From an uncultured Candidatus Saccharibacteria bacterium (GTDB taxonomy: Bacteria > Patescibacteriota > Minisyncoccia > Phycocordibacterales > PALSA-1337), in contig CAYHLX010000001.1 in assembly GCA_964357605.1 (NCBI GenBank), forward strand, positions 5,159 to 69,158: a stretch of 64,000 nucleotides of DNA, read 5' to 3'. The position numbers and the translations under genes were made by a program. The notes beneath the pieces are model-generated. The model made no database searches and was not told the DNA's origin. It was given only the letters and a program-made list of their open reading frames with translations. Positions 17,838 to 26,974 of this stretch are shown in pieces. The first letter of the stretch is position 1. Each line of letters starts with the position of its first letter.

Positions 17838-20420
17838 ATGAATCTCACCAAAAAACATCTCATAGTAGCGGGGCTTACTATTATTATCATCCTTACCATC
17901 CTCTTTAATCTTGGAGATATTACATCCAAGGAGATTGCACAGTATATCCCACCAAGTAGCTCACAATCCCAGACTGCCGCCGTTTCTGACTTCATCGTCC
18001 ACAATACATTTGATACAGGGACTGTGACCGGTGCTATCGGCCAGGCCACAACATTTGATGGGATTGATGATTATGTGACACTGAGTTCGAGTGGTGTGCC
18101 AGTGGGCAAACAGCCGGTGACTGTGTCGGCTTGGGTCAAGCTTGCTGGTTCTCCTTCTGCTGATAGCAGGATTGTTTTTCGCGGAGAGAGGTATTCGTCA
18201 TCAGATTTTATATTTTTTGATCTAGCTCTCGAAGGGGCAGGACACAATGTGCCGACATTTACCATGATGGGTACCGGAGGAGGAGGTTCACACTACAAGG
18301 CAACTTCAGGAACAGGACTTTCAGCCGGACAGTGGTACCACCTGGTTGGCGTTTCCGATGGAGGAGGCGCAGTGACTGTATATGTAAACAATACTCCTAC
18401 TACCGGAAGCCATATTGATTTCGATGGTCACGATGGAACACCATACGCACCGTCCGTAGGCGCACGGTTGCAAGGCTCCGCGGATTCTTTCTTTGCCGGT
18501 TCGATCGACGACGTTCGTATTTACAACCGCGCACTTGACTCGAGTGAAGTGAGCCAACTCTACGCGCTCGGCAGTGGAGGTGGTACGCCCGCGCCAACGC
18601 CGGATCCTACACCAACCCCGACACCGGATCCAACACCGACACCTTCTGCAGTCAACGGTCAATGTGGTGTAACTGAGAATATTTGTATTCAAGGTACTCT
18701 CAATAATACTGCTGACTCTACTACCAATTATCTTTGGCAATGTACCGGTGCAAATGGTGGCGCAACGGGTTCATGTTCTATTGCAAAACCAGTAAACACC
18801 ATAGTGACCCCACCATCCACTCCAGATCCAGTTACCTTTACAGCACCACCTGTAGTATCCGGTTCGCAAACATACTATATAGACTATGTCTCAGGTAACA
18901 ATGCCAACAACGGCACTTCAAAAAACACCCCATGGAAGGTTCATCCATACATGAAAGGTTTTACCGGAAGCTATTCACACAAGGCTGGAGACAGATTTAT
19001 TTTCAAGGGAGGTGTAACGTGGCCACACTCTGCATTTCAGATGAATATTGCCGCTGGCGGAAGCAGTGACAGTGCGCGTGACTATTATGGTGCTGACAAA
19101 ACTTGGTATGCCGGTTCATCTTGGACCAGACCAGTTTTTGATTTTGAAAACAAAGTCGTAGCACCGGATGCATGGGGTGGAGCAGAGTCAGCAGGGTTGC
19201 TTCTCAGGGATGTTCACTACATCACTCTCGACAATCTGGAGCTGATCCGTTTCCGTCAAAGATTGTTTGAAAAGAATTCCGGCAAGGCTGACCCCGGATT
19301 TGCGGTGGATAATATCACTATACAAGGATCCGCATCCAATATTACACTGCAAAACAGCATTGTGCGTGATTGGACTATACCTACACCCATACCGGCGGGC
19401 TATATAGATGGCGGGGCATCAGGAGGGGTTATCGTTAATGCTTGGTCTGGCGGAGGCACGGGTATAAAAATCCTTAACAATGAATTTCATCAGCAGAATA
19501 CAGGAATCAGATCTGGGGTAGCACTCTATTTGGGTGGAGAGATTGCCTATAACACTATCCACCATGTGTCAGATGCTATCGTCGGTGGTGGTAACGTTCA
19601 TGACAATCTGATCTACAACGTCGAGGATGCCACCTGTCCGGAATTACACGAAGATGTGATCTATATCACATCACCTTCAACGGTTTACAACAACGTTGTC
19701 TATGAAGCTACTGCCGCCGCTCCCGTCTATTACCTTGAACCGAGTCGTTCCGCATCCACTGGAACAACATTGGTGTATAACAATATTTCCTATAATACCG
19801 GGTATGCACCTCTCAGTATAGACATTAGTCAGCCTGAAGGTGTCAATCACGTGATAAAAGTTTACAACAACAGTTTTCATTCCGAAAGTTCTTCGGTGGT
19901 ACGCGTGGTGGATCGTGTCGGTTTACCATTGGGTGTATTGGATATGAAGAATAATCACTTTATTTTCAATGGACAATTCCTCAATATTCCTGCTGGCACA
20001 GTCCTAGACTTTAAGAATACAAATAATATTTTCCACACAGAGTCCGAAGCTGCCCAGTTCGGGGCAACAAGGGCCAACCTATTCAAATTTACTTCGTCTA
20101 ATGCACCAATGATAAACGCCGGTGTAAGTTTGTCGACATTTTTTGCGACTGACAGGCTCGGTGTTGCTCGTCCACAAGGCGGAGCTTGGGATATTGGCGC
20201 CTACGAATATGGTGGAAGCGGAGGATCTGTATGGTCACCACCGCCACCAGCACCAGTTTACAAGCAAGGTGATTTCAACAGGGATGGGCTAGTCAATTCT
20301 CTAGATCTTTCTCTGCTCACATCTGTTTGGAATCAAAATAGTGCCTCATACGATCTGAATTCTGATGGTATCGTAAATAGCTTGGATTATGTGGTTATGA
20401 TTCAGAACTGGACATCGTAA
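17838..20420 (+). CDS. Secreted LamG-like - PT linker - Cys module - beta-helix - dockerin protein (divergent paralog)
   Basis: Same N-terminal leader ('IIILTILFNLGDITSKEIAQYIPPSSSQSQTAAVSDF'). 'IDDVRIYNRALDSSEVSQLYALGSGGGTPAPTPDPTPTPTPDPTPTPS' is near-identical to 12121..16401. The beta-helix core is homologous to 9600..11990 ('SGSQTYYIDYVSGNNANNGTSK.TPWKVHP(F/Y)MKGFTGSYSHKAGDRFIFKGGVTWP'). The dockerin is a variant: 'DFNRDGLVNSLDLSLL...DLNSDGIVNSLDYVVMIQNWTS'. Confidence 0.7.
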   Translation: MNLTKKHLIVAGLTIIIILTILFNLGDITSKEIAQYIPPSSSQSQTAAVSDFIVHNTFDTGTVTGAIGQATTFDGIDDYVTLSSSGVPVGKQPVTVSAWVKLAGSPSADSRIVFRGERYSSSDFIFFDLALEGAGHNVPTFTMMGTGGGGSHYKATSGTGLSAGQWYHLVGVSDGGGAVTVYVNNTPTTGSHIDFDGHDGTPYAPSVGARLQGSADSFFAGSIDDVRIYNRALDSSEVSQLYALGSGGGTPAPTPDPTPTPTPDPTPTPSAVNGQCGVTENICIQGTLNNTADSTTNYLWQCTGANGGATGSCSIAKPVNTIVTPPSTPDPVTFTAPPVVSGSQTYYIDYVSGNNANNGTSKNTPWKVHPYMKGFTGSYSHKAGDRFIFKGGVTWPHSAFQMNIAAGGSSDSARDYYGADKTWYAGSSWTRPVFDFENKVVAPDAWGGAESAGLLLRDVHYITLDNLELIRFRQRLFEKNSGKADPGFAVDNITIQGSASNITLQNSIVRDWTIPTPIPAGYIDGGASGGVIVNAWSGGGTGIKILNNEFHQQNTGIRSGVALYLGGEIAYNTIHHVSDAIVGGGNVHDNLIYNVEDATCPELHEDVIYITSPSTVYNNVVYEATAAAPVYYLEPSRSASTGTTLVYNNISYNTGYAPLSIDISQPEGVNHVIKVYNNSFHSESSSVVRVVDRVGLPLGVLDMKNNHFIFNGQFLNIPAGTVLDFKNTNNIFHTESEAAQFGATRANLFKFTSSNAPMINAGVSLSTFFATDRLGVARPQGGAWDIGAYEYGGSGGSVWSPPPPAPVYKQGDFNRDGLVNSLDLSLLTSVWNQNSASYDLNSDGIVNSLDYVVMIQNWTS

Positions 20421-20432
20421 TACTGACTGTTA

Positions 20433-20981
20433 ATGAAAAAGCTACTCGTTATAATTGTATCGCTAATTATTATAGGTTTGATTGTATTTTTTGCGCTCAA
20501 TAAGGACGATGGTTCTTTGTCGCCAGATGTTGCTGATCAAAAGAATGCACCTGCTTCTGTCCTATCCCAACCGCTCACAGAGACATATAAAAATGACAAA
20601 TACAGATTCTCTCTCAAACACCCAGTTGATCTTACGGCTTCTTCTTTCACCGACGAGACTGTTGGTGGGGAAGTTGTAACAGTGGCAGATGAATCTACGG
20701 GTATGGGGATGCAGATCGTGATCACTCCATTTGATGAAGAACTCGTTGTGCTCACTCCTGACAGGATCAAGAAGGACCAACCAGAGCTGGTGATCCGTGG
20801 AGCGCAAGAGGTGATCCTTGGTGCGCATGGCAAAGGGGTAGCGTTTCTTGATGCAGAGAAGGACGAAGAGTCTCATCGACAGATCTGGTTCATCGCCTCA
20901 AAGCATCTGTATCAGATCACAGCACCATTTCCCTCCGATACTCTAGTGCAAAACATGCTCAACACCTGGGAGTTTTTTTAG
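20433..20981 (+). CDS. Hypothetical membrane-anchored protein
   Basis: N-terminal TM 'LLVIIVSLIIIGLIVFFAL'. No recognisable domain. Confidence 0.45.
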   Translation: MKKLLVIIVSLIIIGLIVFFALNKDDGSLSPDVADQKNAPASVLSQPLTETYKNDKYRFSLKHPVDLTASSFTDETVGGEVVTVADESTGMGMQIVITPFDEELVVLTPDRIKKDQPELVIRGAQEVILGAHGKGVAFLDAEKDEESHRQIWFIASKHLYQITAPFPSDTLVQNMLNTWEFF

Positions 20982-21004
20982 GAGATTCGTAGTACAATAT
21001 TCAG

Positions 21005-21907
21005 ATGATTGTTATGAGACATAAAAACTATGCTCAAGCTTTTACCCTAATAGAGATATTGGTGGTTATATCTATCTTGGGATTATTAGCATCTATAGTT
21101 TTTGCTGTGATCAGACAGGCTCGTGAAAGAGGAGTGATAGCCGGGGGAATTATTTTTGCAACTCATACACAACATACCGTCGGTGATCAAGGGGCGATAT
21201 ATTTTGATTTTGGTGCACCATCTGACTTGGATGCAGATCCCGACACAGAAGAAGTGGCAGATACGTCCGGCAACAGTCTTCACGGTACTCTGATGGGTAA
21301 TTCTCCGAGTAATCCGATGGTAAGTCCTACATCGTATTCTCCAGAGGCAGGTAGTTCTCTCAGTCTTAATACCCAATCTGGGATACCGACTCAGTATGTA
21401 AGCGTCGGGTCAAGTCCTGCTCTTGAAAGTGAGAAGCTGATTCTTTCGGCGTGGGTAAAGTCTCCGCCAGTACCTCATCTTTCACAGTTTATAAAAACAG
21501 TTGTTTCATACCATCCAGTGTATATTCTTTTTTTGGACTTGCGTCGCCATAGGGTGAGCGTTTGCACTACTCCTCATAGATTATATAGCGGTCCTCCCGG
21601 ATCATGTCTGTCGTCAGAAATAATATCTATTGATCCAGTTGATGATAAATGGCACAACATAATAGTATCAATTGATTCAGGGGTGCCAAATGGCTCGAAG
21701 ATATATTATGACGGACGTTTGATCGCACAGGGGCTATTTAATATGGCGGCAGTTCCTTCTGGTTGTGAACCCATATTGAGTATTGGTAAGGTAGAGGCGG
21801 CATGTGGTATTCCGTCTTTTGCATATCCAGATAATACTTACCCTAATATGTTTACAGGTCAACTAGATGACGTTCGAGTATACACCACTTCCTTGCCTGT
21901 AAACTGA
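21005..21907 (+). CDS. Type IV pilin-like protein with C-terminal LamG-type domain
   Basis: 'AFTLIEILVVISILGLLASIVFAVIRQARERG' is a prepilin-type N-terminal helix (Ala instead of Gly at -1). C-terminal 'LDDVRVYTTSLPVN'. Confidence 0.6.
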   Translation: MIVMRHKNYAQAFTLIEILVVISILGLLASIVFAVIRQARERGVIAGGIIFATHTQHTVGDQGAIYFDFGAPSDLDADPDTEEVADTSGNSLHGTLMGNSPSNPMVSPTSYSPEAGSSLSLNTQSGIPTQYVSVGSSPALESEKLILSAWVKSPPVPHLSQFIKTVVSYHPVYILFLDLRRHRVSVCTTPHRLYSGPPGSCLSSEIISIDPVDDKWHNIIVSIDSGVPNGSKIYYDGRLIAQGLFNMAAVPSGCEPILSIGKVEAACGIPSFAYPDNTYPNMFTGQLDDVRVYTTSLPVN

Positions 21908-21968
21908 TCCTAATGTTATGGGAGGTATGTGTGTGCCGAAGTGAAAGGAATAGAGTATAATACTATTT

Positions 21969-23327
21969 ATGAAATCCAAAATAATAAAAGCAGTGTATGT
22001 CTTCGCTCTGCTCTATGCTCTACCATCTTTAGTTTCGGCGGCGACACTATCTATTTCGCCTGCGACGAGCTCTGTTGTTGTCGGTAGTGATTTTTCTGTT
22101 GACATCTTGCTCGATACCGAAGGTGTACCAGTAGATGGAGTCGATATTATATATCTCAACTATAACCCTTCACAAATCCAGATACAGGATGCCAATACTT
22201 CTCTTGCTGGGATCCAGATCACTCCTGGCACGCTCATGTCATCAACGTTGGTGAATACTACCAATGAAAGTTCGGGCAGAGTAACTTTTTCTCAAGTATC
22301 AACGGGTGGTACTCGGTATAATGGTTCAGGTACCCTGGCTTCAATTTCTTTTAAAGCACTGACTACTGGTACGGCTAGTCTTGTTTTCAACTTCACTCCA
22401 GGACTCACCACAGATTCCAATGTCGCTTCAAATCAGATCGATATATTGGATACTGTCACCAATGGTTCTTATGTAATAAATTCCCCCCCACCTCCACCTC
22501 CTTCATCTCCACCACCTAGTACACCACCAGCATCTTCTGGTGGTGGCGGTGGTGGTGGTTCTTCAAGTTCTGGTGGCGGCGGAGGAAGTCCAGCACCAGT
22601 TATAGTACCAGCAACGAGTATTACTACAGTCAGTAATTCTGGTGGAGTAAATCAGGTGACTATATATGTCCCGCTAAATATCACACGTTGGCTCACTGTT
22701 GGATCAACCGGTCAGGATGTCCTTCAACTTCACAAAGCCCTCAATCAAAACGGTTTTGCTGTTGCGACAAATGGTGCCGAATCGCTCAATAAGGAAACAA
22801 CTTATTTTGGGCCAGCGACGGCCGCCGCGATCAGAAAATTTCAATGTGCCAAATTGCAGGTCTGCCAGGGCACACCTGAAACAACTGGATATGGTGGTGT
22901 CGGACCGAGAACGCGTCAGGCCCTGTCTCTTTTGAAAATTGCCTCAGTTTCTTCTGTTACGGTCTCAACTGCATCAACAACGGCGCTTACTTCAGTTCCG
23001 GGTTGTCCAGCCGGTTTTATTTGTAGATTGGCTAGTGCCACATCAACTTCGTCATTGCCAACAATACAATATTATTCAACCACCACTCTTCCGGTATTTA
23101 CACGCAACCTCACTTTGGGAGCCGTCGGCGCAGATGTCAAATCTCTGCAGATATATCTCAATTCACGTGGATTCACCATCGCCACGTCTGGTGGTGGATC
23201 CCCAGGCTATGAGACCATGTATTTTGGTCAAGCTACTCAGTCAGCCTTGGTTCGTTTCCAAAGATCAAATGGCATTGTTCCAGCGTCCGGTTTCTTCGGA
23301 CCTTTGACCAGGGGATATATCAAGTAA
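21969..23327 (+). CDS. Cohesin-like domain protein with Pro/Gly-rich linker and two peptidoglycan-binding (PG_binding_1-like) domains; putative cell-wall-anchoring scaffoldin
   Basis: Signal peptide. Cohesin-like module 'LSISPATSSVVVGSDFSVDILLDTEGVPVDGVDIIYLNYNPSQIQI...GRVTFSQVSTGG..GSGTLASISFKAL'. A PPPPPPSSPPPSTPPASSGGGGGGGSSSSGGGGG linker. Two modules 'LTVGSTGQDVLQLHKALNQNGF...YFGPATAAAIRKFQ' and 'LTLGAVGADVKSLQIYLNSRGF...YFGQATQSALVRFQRSNGIVPASGFFGPLTRGYI' fit the PG-binding three-helix domain pattern. Confidence 0.65.
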   Translation: MKSKIIKAVYVFALLYALPSLVSAATLSISPATSSVVVGSDFSVDILLDTEGVPVDGVDIIYLNYNPSQIQIQDANTSLAGIQITPGTLMSSTLVNTTNESSGRVTFSQVSTGGTRYNGSGTLASISFKALTTGTASLVFNFTPGLTTDSNVASNQIDILDTVTNGSYVINSPPPPPPSSPPPSTPPASSGGGGGGGSSSSGGGGGSPAPVIVPATSITTVSNSGGVNQVTIYVPLNITRWLTVGSTGQDVLQLHKALNQNGFAVATNGAESLNKETTYFGPATAAAIRKFQCAKLQVCQGTPETTGYGGVGPRTRQALSLLKIASVSSVTVSTASTTALTSVPGCPAGFICRLASATSTSSLPTIQYYSTTTLPVFTRNLTLGAVGADVKSLQIYLNSRGFTIATSGGGSPGYETMYFGQATQSALVRFQRSNGIVPASGFFGPLTRGYIK

Positions 23328-23366
23328 TACGTTTTTGTTTATTAGAAAAGAAGGTATAATGATCTC

Positions 23367-25040
23367 ATGAATCAAACATTAAAAACTTCACACGGTATTG
23401 CGATCCTTGCAATATTATTGATTGTTTCCATAATCTACATCGTAAAAACGGGTAATCAAACTGATGGTATCGCCAAATTTGTTCAACCACAAAGTCAGTT
23501 GGCGCAGGTGACCTCCGCCACGACCCTGTCACTCACCACCGCATCTCCCACTACAGTTGGGAGTACATTTACCGTAAATATTACCCTCAATACCGGTGGG
23601 CGAGCTGTATATGGTGTTGACATCAATCGTTTTCGATTTAACCCTGCCATGCTCCAGGTTGTAGATGCCAACACGGGGACAGCTGGTGTACAGGTTGCCC
23701 CAGGATCTCTCATGGCTATTAGTATCATAAATACTGTAGATAACAGTGCCGGCACAGTCCAATTTTCACAAGTTGCAAATCCAGGGTCTACATTCACTGG
23801 TATAGGTACGGTGGCTTCTGTTACTTTCCGTGTTTTGGCCGTAGGTACGTCAAACGTGACCATTGATTTTAGTCAAGGTAGCGGTACGGATTCTAACGTG
23901 GCCGGACTGGGAGGAGATATACTCACTTCGGTGACAGGAGGTTCATATACGGGTACAGCTGTAGTGGTTGTGCCACCTACACCTCCAGCAGACACAACCG
24001 CCCCTACTATTTCCAACGTTACTTTTTCGGGACTTTCGACTACTGGTATCACCATCGCCTGGACTACTGCCAATGAAAATTCCAATACCCAAGTAGAATA
24101 TGGATTGACAAGTAGTTACGGATCACAGACGGCATTGAATGCATCACTCACATCCGCACATACAGCCACTCTCTCCGGCCTCTCACCAGGCACAGCCCAT
24201 CACTATCGTGTCAGATCTCGCGATGCGGCTGGAAATCTGGCTGTATCTACAGATAATATTTTTACAACCTTGGCGGCGGCTGATAGTACAGCACCTACAG
24301 TGCCTTCCGGTGTTACGGCTACAGCCACAGGGGAGACACAGATCCAATTGTCCTGGACAGCTTCTACTGATCCTGCTGGTACTGGACAAAACGTTTCTGG
24401 TGTCGCAAGATACCAAGTTTTTCGTGGGGGAACACTTCTAGGTACTGCGCCATCGACTGCGTATCTAGATACGGGATTGACTGCGGCGACGGCGTATAGC
24501 TATAGAATAAGTGCTGTTGATACGGCTGGCAATATATCTGGACAATCTACAGCGGTGAGTGCTACGACACGATCAGCTTCTGTTGTAGATATTCCGCTTC
24601 AACGCAAAATAATTTTGTCACTAGAGGGAGCTACAAATACTGGCAAGGCTGTTTCTGGAGTCATCGAGTTTCTAGATCCTGTCACGAGGGCCAAAATATA
24701 TCAGGCAAATATTGTCACCGATGCTTCTGGTCAGTACGTCATGAATATTCCGGCAGGGCTTGTGGCAACTGTTGTGCTACGCCCAAAGATCCCTGGCTAT
24801 ATCTCAAAACTGATCACGGATGTAGATCTGAGAAATACTGCCATACTCGAGGTCAATTCGCCGGTATTACGAGCGGGTGATTTCAATGGTGATCAGATCG
24901 TCAATTCTCTAGACTTCTCATATATGAATAGCAAATGGGGTGCGGCGGCTGATGCCCTGGCTGATATAAACAGGGATGGAGGCGTGAACTCCATAGACTT
25001 TTCATATTTGTCTAGCAACTGGTTAGCGACAGGAGAGTAA
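23367..25040 (+). CDS. Cohesin-like domain - two fibronectin type III domains - C-terminal dockerin; putative adaptor scaffoldin
   Basis: The N-terminal module is homologous to the N-terminus of 12121..16401 ('YGVDINRFRFNPAMLQVVDANTGTAG...GTVQFSQVANPGSTFTGIGTVASVTFRV'). Two FN3-like repeats ('APTISNVTFSGLSTTGITIAWTT...HHYRVRSRDAAGN'; 'APTVPSGVTATATGETQIQLSWTAS...YSYRISAVDTAGN'). C-terminal 'GDFNGDQIVNSLDFSYM...DINRDGGVNSIDFSYLSSNW' is two dockerin calcium-binding repeats. Confidence 0.65.
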   Translation: MNQTLKTSHGIAILAILLIVSIIYIVKTGNQTDGIAKFVQPQSQLAQVTSATTLSLTTASPTTVGSTFTVNITLNTGGRAVYGVDINRFRFNPAMLQVVDANTGTAGVQVAPGSLMAISIINTVDNSAGTVQFSQVANPGSTFTGIGTVASVTFRVLAVGTSNVTIDFSQGSGTDSNVAGLGGDILTSVTGGSYTGTAVVVVPPTPPADTTAPTISNVTFSGLSTTGITIAWTTANENSNTQVEYGLTSSYGSQTALNASLTSAHTATLSGLSPGTAHHYRVRSRDAAGNLAVSTDNIFTTLAAADSTAPTVPSGVTATATGETQIQLSWTASTDPAGTGQNVSGVARYQVFRGGTLLGTAPSTAYLDTGLTAATAYSYRISAVDTAGNISGQSTAVSATTRSASVVDIPLQRKIILSLEGATNTGKAVSGVIEFLDPVTRAKIYQANIVTDASGQYVMNIPAGLVATVVLRPKIPGYISKLITDVDLRNTAILEVNSPVLRAGDFNGDQIVNSLDFSYMNSKWGAAADALADINRDGGVNSIDFSYLSSNWLATGE

Positions 25041-25100
25041 AAGGATGTTAAAATTATTCAACATAATAGCAATAAATTTAAAAGCGCACATTATCAATTT

Positions 25101-25808
25101 ATGAAATCAACATCGATGAAAAATTTTATCCCAGTGCTTGTAGCAGTATTTGTTATACCTTCGCTCGCATCCGCGGCGACATTGTCGGTCTCGCCCTCAT
25201 CTCACACAGTCAAGGCGGGGGATACATTCTCTGTATCTGTGCGTCTTGATACCCAAGGTGATTCTATTGACGGCGTAGATTTGAGATATCTCAATTACAA
25301 TTCTAGTTTGTTACAGGTTTTGGATGCGGATGTAGCCAAGTCGGGCACACAGATCACTCCTGGCACTCTGATGCCCATGACTCTTTTGAATAATGTGGAT
25401 CAGGCTTCTGGTAAAATTTCTTTTTCACAGGTTAGTGCTGGAGGAACAAAATATAAGGGTTCAGGTACCCTGGCGACGATTTCGTTCAAGGCCCTGGCTT
25501 CTGGCAGTACACAACTCACATTCAACCATACACCGAGCAACACCACTGACTCCAATGTGGCCATGGCTGGAAAAGATACACTGAGTGCAGTCATAAACGG
25601 ATCAATTACTATTGGTGGGGTGGGGGTGGTGGCACCAACTTCAATATCGTCAGAATCACGAAACTCAGATGGTTCTTTTGTGCCTTTACCAGAAGGAGAT
25701 TCTGATGAATCAATTGAAAGCCCTAAGTCACAGGGATCTTTTTGGAATGCGATAGATTATGTATTTGGTCGCATTGCAAAGGGTTTTATGAGAATTTTCG
25801 GAAGATAA
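25101..25808 (+). CDS. Secreted cohesin-like domain protein
   Basis: Signal peptide. 'LSVSPSSHTVKAGDTFSVSVRLDTQGDSIDGVDLRYLNYNSSLLQVLDAD...GKISFSQVSAGGTKYKGSGTLATISFKAL' is homologous to the cohesin-like module of 21969..23327. Confidence 0.6.
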   Translation: MKSTSMKNFIPVLVAVFVIPSLASAATLSVSPSSHTVKAGDTFSVSVRLDTQGDSIDGVDLRYLNYNSSLLQVLDADVAKSGTQITPGTLMPMTLLNNVDQASGKISFSQVSAGGTKYKGSGTLATISFKALASGSTQLTFNHTPSNTTDSNVAMAGKDTLSAVINGSITIGGVGVVAPTSISSESRNSDGSFVPLPEGDSDESIESPKSQGSFWNAIDYVFGRIAKGFMRIFGR

Positions 25809-25927
25809 AAATTTACATCCTCCTAATCACCCTCAATCCTTGACAATTTTAAGTATTCCTGTATCATTATCTGGGTAAGTTTCTCGTGCGCTTACGTTTA
25901 TATTTAAAGACGAGGTATATAAGAAAA

Positions 25928-26224
25928 ATGGCAAAGAAGTTATATGTAGGAGGTATTTCTTACGGTACTAGTGAAGATACGCTTAAGGCGCATTTCGCTC
26001 AGGCCGGAGCAGTTGAGTCAGCATCAATTATTATGGACAAGATGACAGGCCGATCAAAAGGTTTTGGATTCGTCCAGATGAGTTCAGATGCTGAAGCAGA
26101 CAATGCTGTTAACATGTTTAATGGCAAAGAGCTTGAAGGAAGAACTCTTACTGTGAACGAGGCACGCCCTATGGAGCCTAGAGCACCTAGAGCACCTCGA
26201 GGTGAAGGACGCGGAAACTGGTAA
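25928..26224 (+). CDS. RRM-domain RNA-binding protein
   Basis: 'KLYVGGISYGTSEDTLKAHF' (RNP-2-like), 'KGFGFVQM' (RNP-1) and a C-terminal RG-rich tail. Start set at ATG 25928 ('MAKKLYVGG'); the track ORF starts 42 nt upstream. Confidence 0.85.
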   Translation: MAKKLYVGGISYGTSEDTLKAHFAQAGAVESASIIMDKMTGRSKGFGFVQMSSDAEADNAVNMFNGKELEGRTLTVNEARPMEPRAPRAPRGEGRGNW

Positions 26225-26243
26225 CAGGACTCGTCTCTTAAAA

Positions 26244-26276
26244 CAAAAAACGCCCCTCTCGGGGTGTTTTTTGTTT
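26244..26276. terminator. Bidirectional rho-independent terminator between convergent genes
   Basis: acgcccctctcggggtgt hairpin flanked by an A-run (aaaacaaaaaa) and a T-run (ttttttgtttt). Confidence 0.6.
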
Positions 26277-26278
26277 TC

Positions 26279-26962
26279 TTAATCCATATCTTTCCACCAT
26301 TCAGAAATGGGGGCTTTTTTTATTATTTCTATCACCTTATTTAGGTCATCTGTGATCATAAAGAGATCCAAATCACTTTTATCGATCGATTGTACTTTAC
26401 CAAGCATTTTAGATACCATAAAATCTTTTAAGTCATTCCAGAAGTCTTGGCCAATCAAAATTATTGGTACCCTTGGAATTTTTTTGTTTTGAATGAGGGT
26501 TAGGACACTAAATAATTCGTCAAAAGTGCCATATCCTCCAGGAAAACAGATAAAAGCTTCTGCCGAAAAAGTAAGCATGGCCTTTCGAGAAAGAAAATAT
26601 TTGAATTCCATTGCCGAAGTGACATAAGGATTTATTTTCTGCTCTCTGGGAAGGTTTATAGCAAAACCTATGGAATTTCCACCCGCTTCTTTTGCACCGA
26701 AGTTTGCCCCAGCCATGATACCTGGTCCTCCTCCGCTTATGACTGAGTATCCAAGTTCCTTGACGATAAGACCAGCCAATTCTTGTGCTTGTTTGTAATA
26801 AGGATCTACGGGGCTTAATCTGGATGAACCAAAGATCGTCACTGATTTTGGATATTTTTTTAATATTTCAAAACCATCTCTAAATTCTTTGGTGATTTCT
26901 GCTATATGATCATCCATATTGTTTTCATTATTCATGTATTTGATTATAACATAGCAATACAT
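26279..26962 (-). CDS. LOG family protein (TIGR00730 Rossmann-fold, cytokinin riboside 5'-monophosphate phosphoribohydrolase-like)
   Basis: 'VTIFGSSR...GYSVISGGGPGIMAGANFGAKEAGGNSIGF...PGGYGTFDELFSVLTLIQ' carries the LOG-family motifs PGGxGTxxE and GGGxGxM. Confidence 0.8.
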   Translation of the reverse strand: MYCYVIIKYMNNENNMDDHIAEITKEFRDGFEILKKYPKSVTIFGSSRLSPVDPYYKQAQELAGLIVKELGYSVISGGGPGIMAGANFGAKEAGGNSIGFAINLPREQKINPYVTSAMEFKYFLSRKAMLTFSAEAFICFPGGYGTFDELFSVLTLIQNKKIPRVPIILIGQDFWNDLKDFMVSKMLGKVQSIDKSDLDLFMITDDLNKVIEIIKKAPISEWWKDMD

Positions 26963-26974
26963 TAGTATGGGAGG

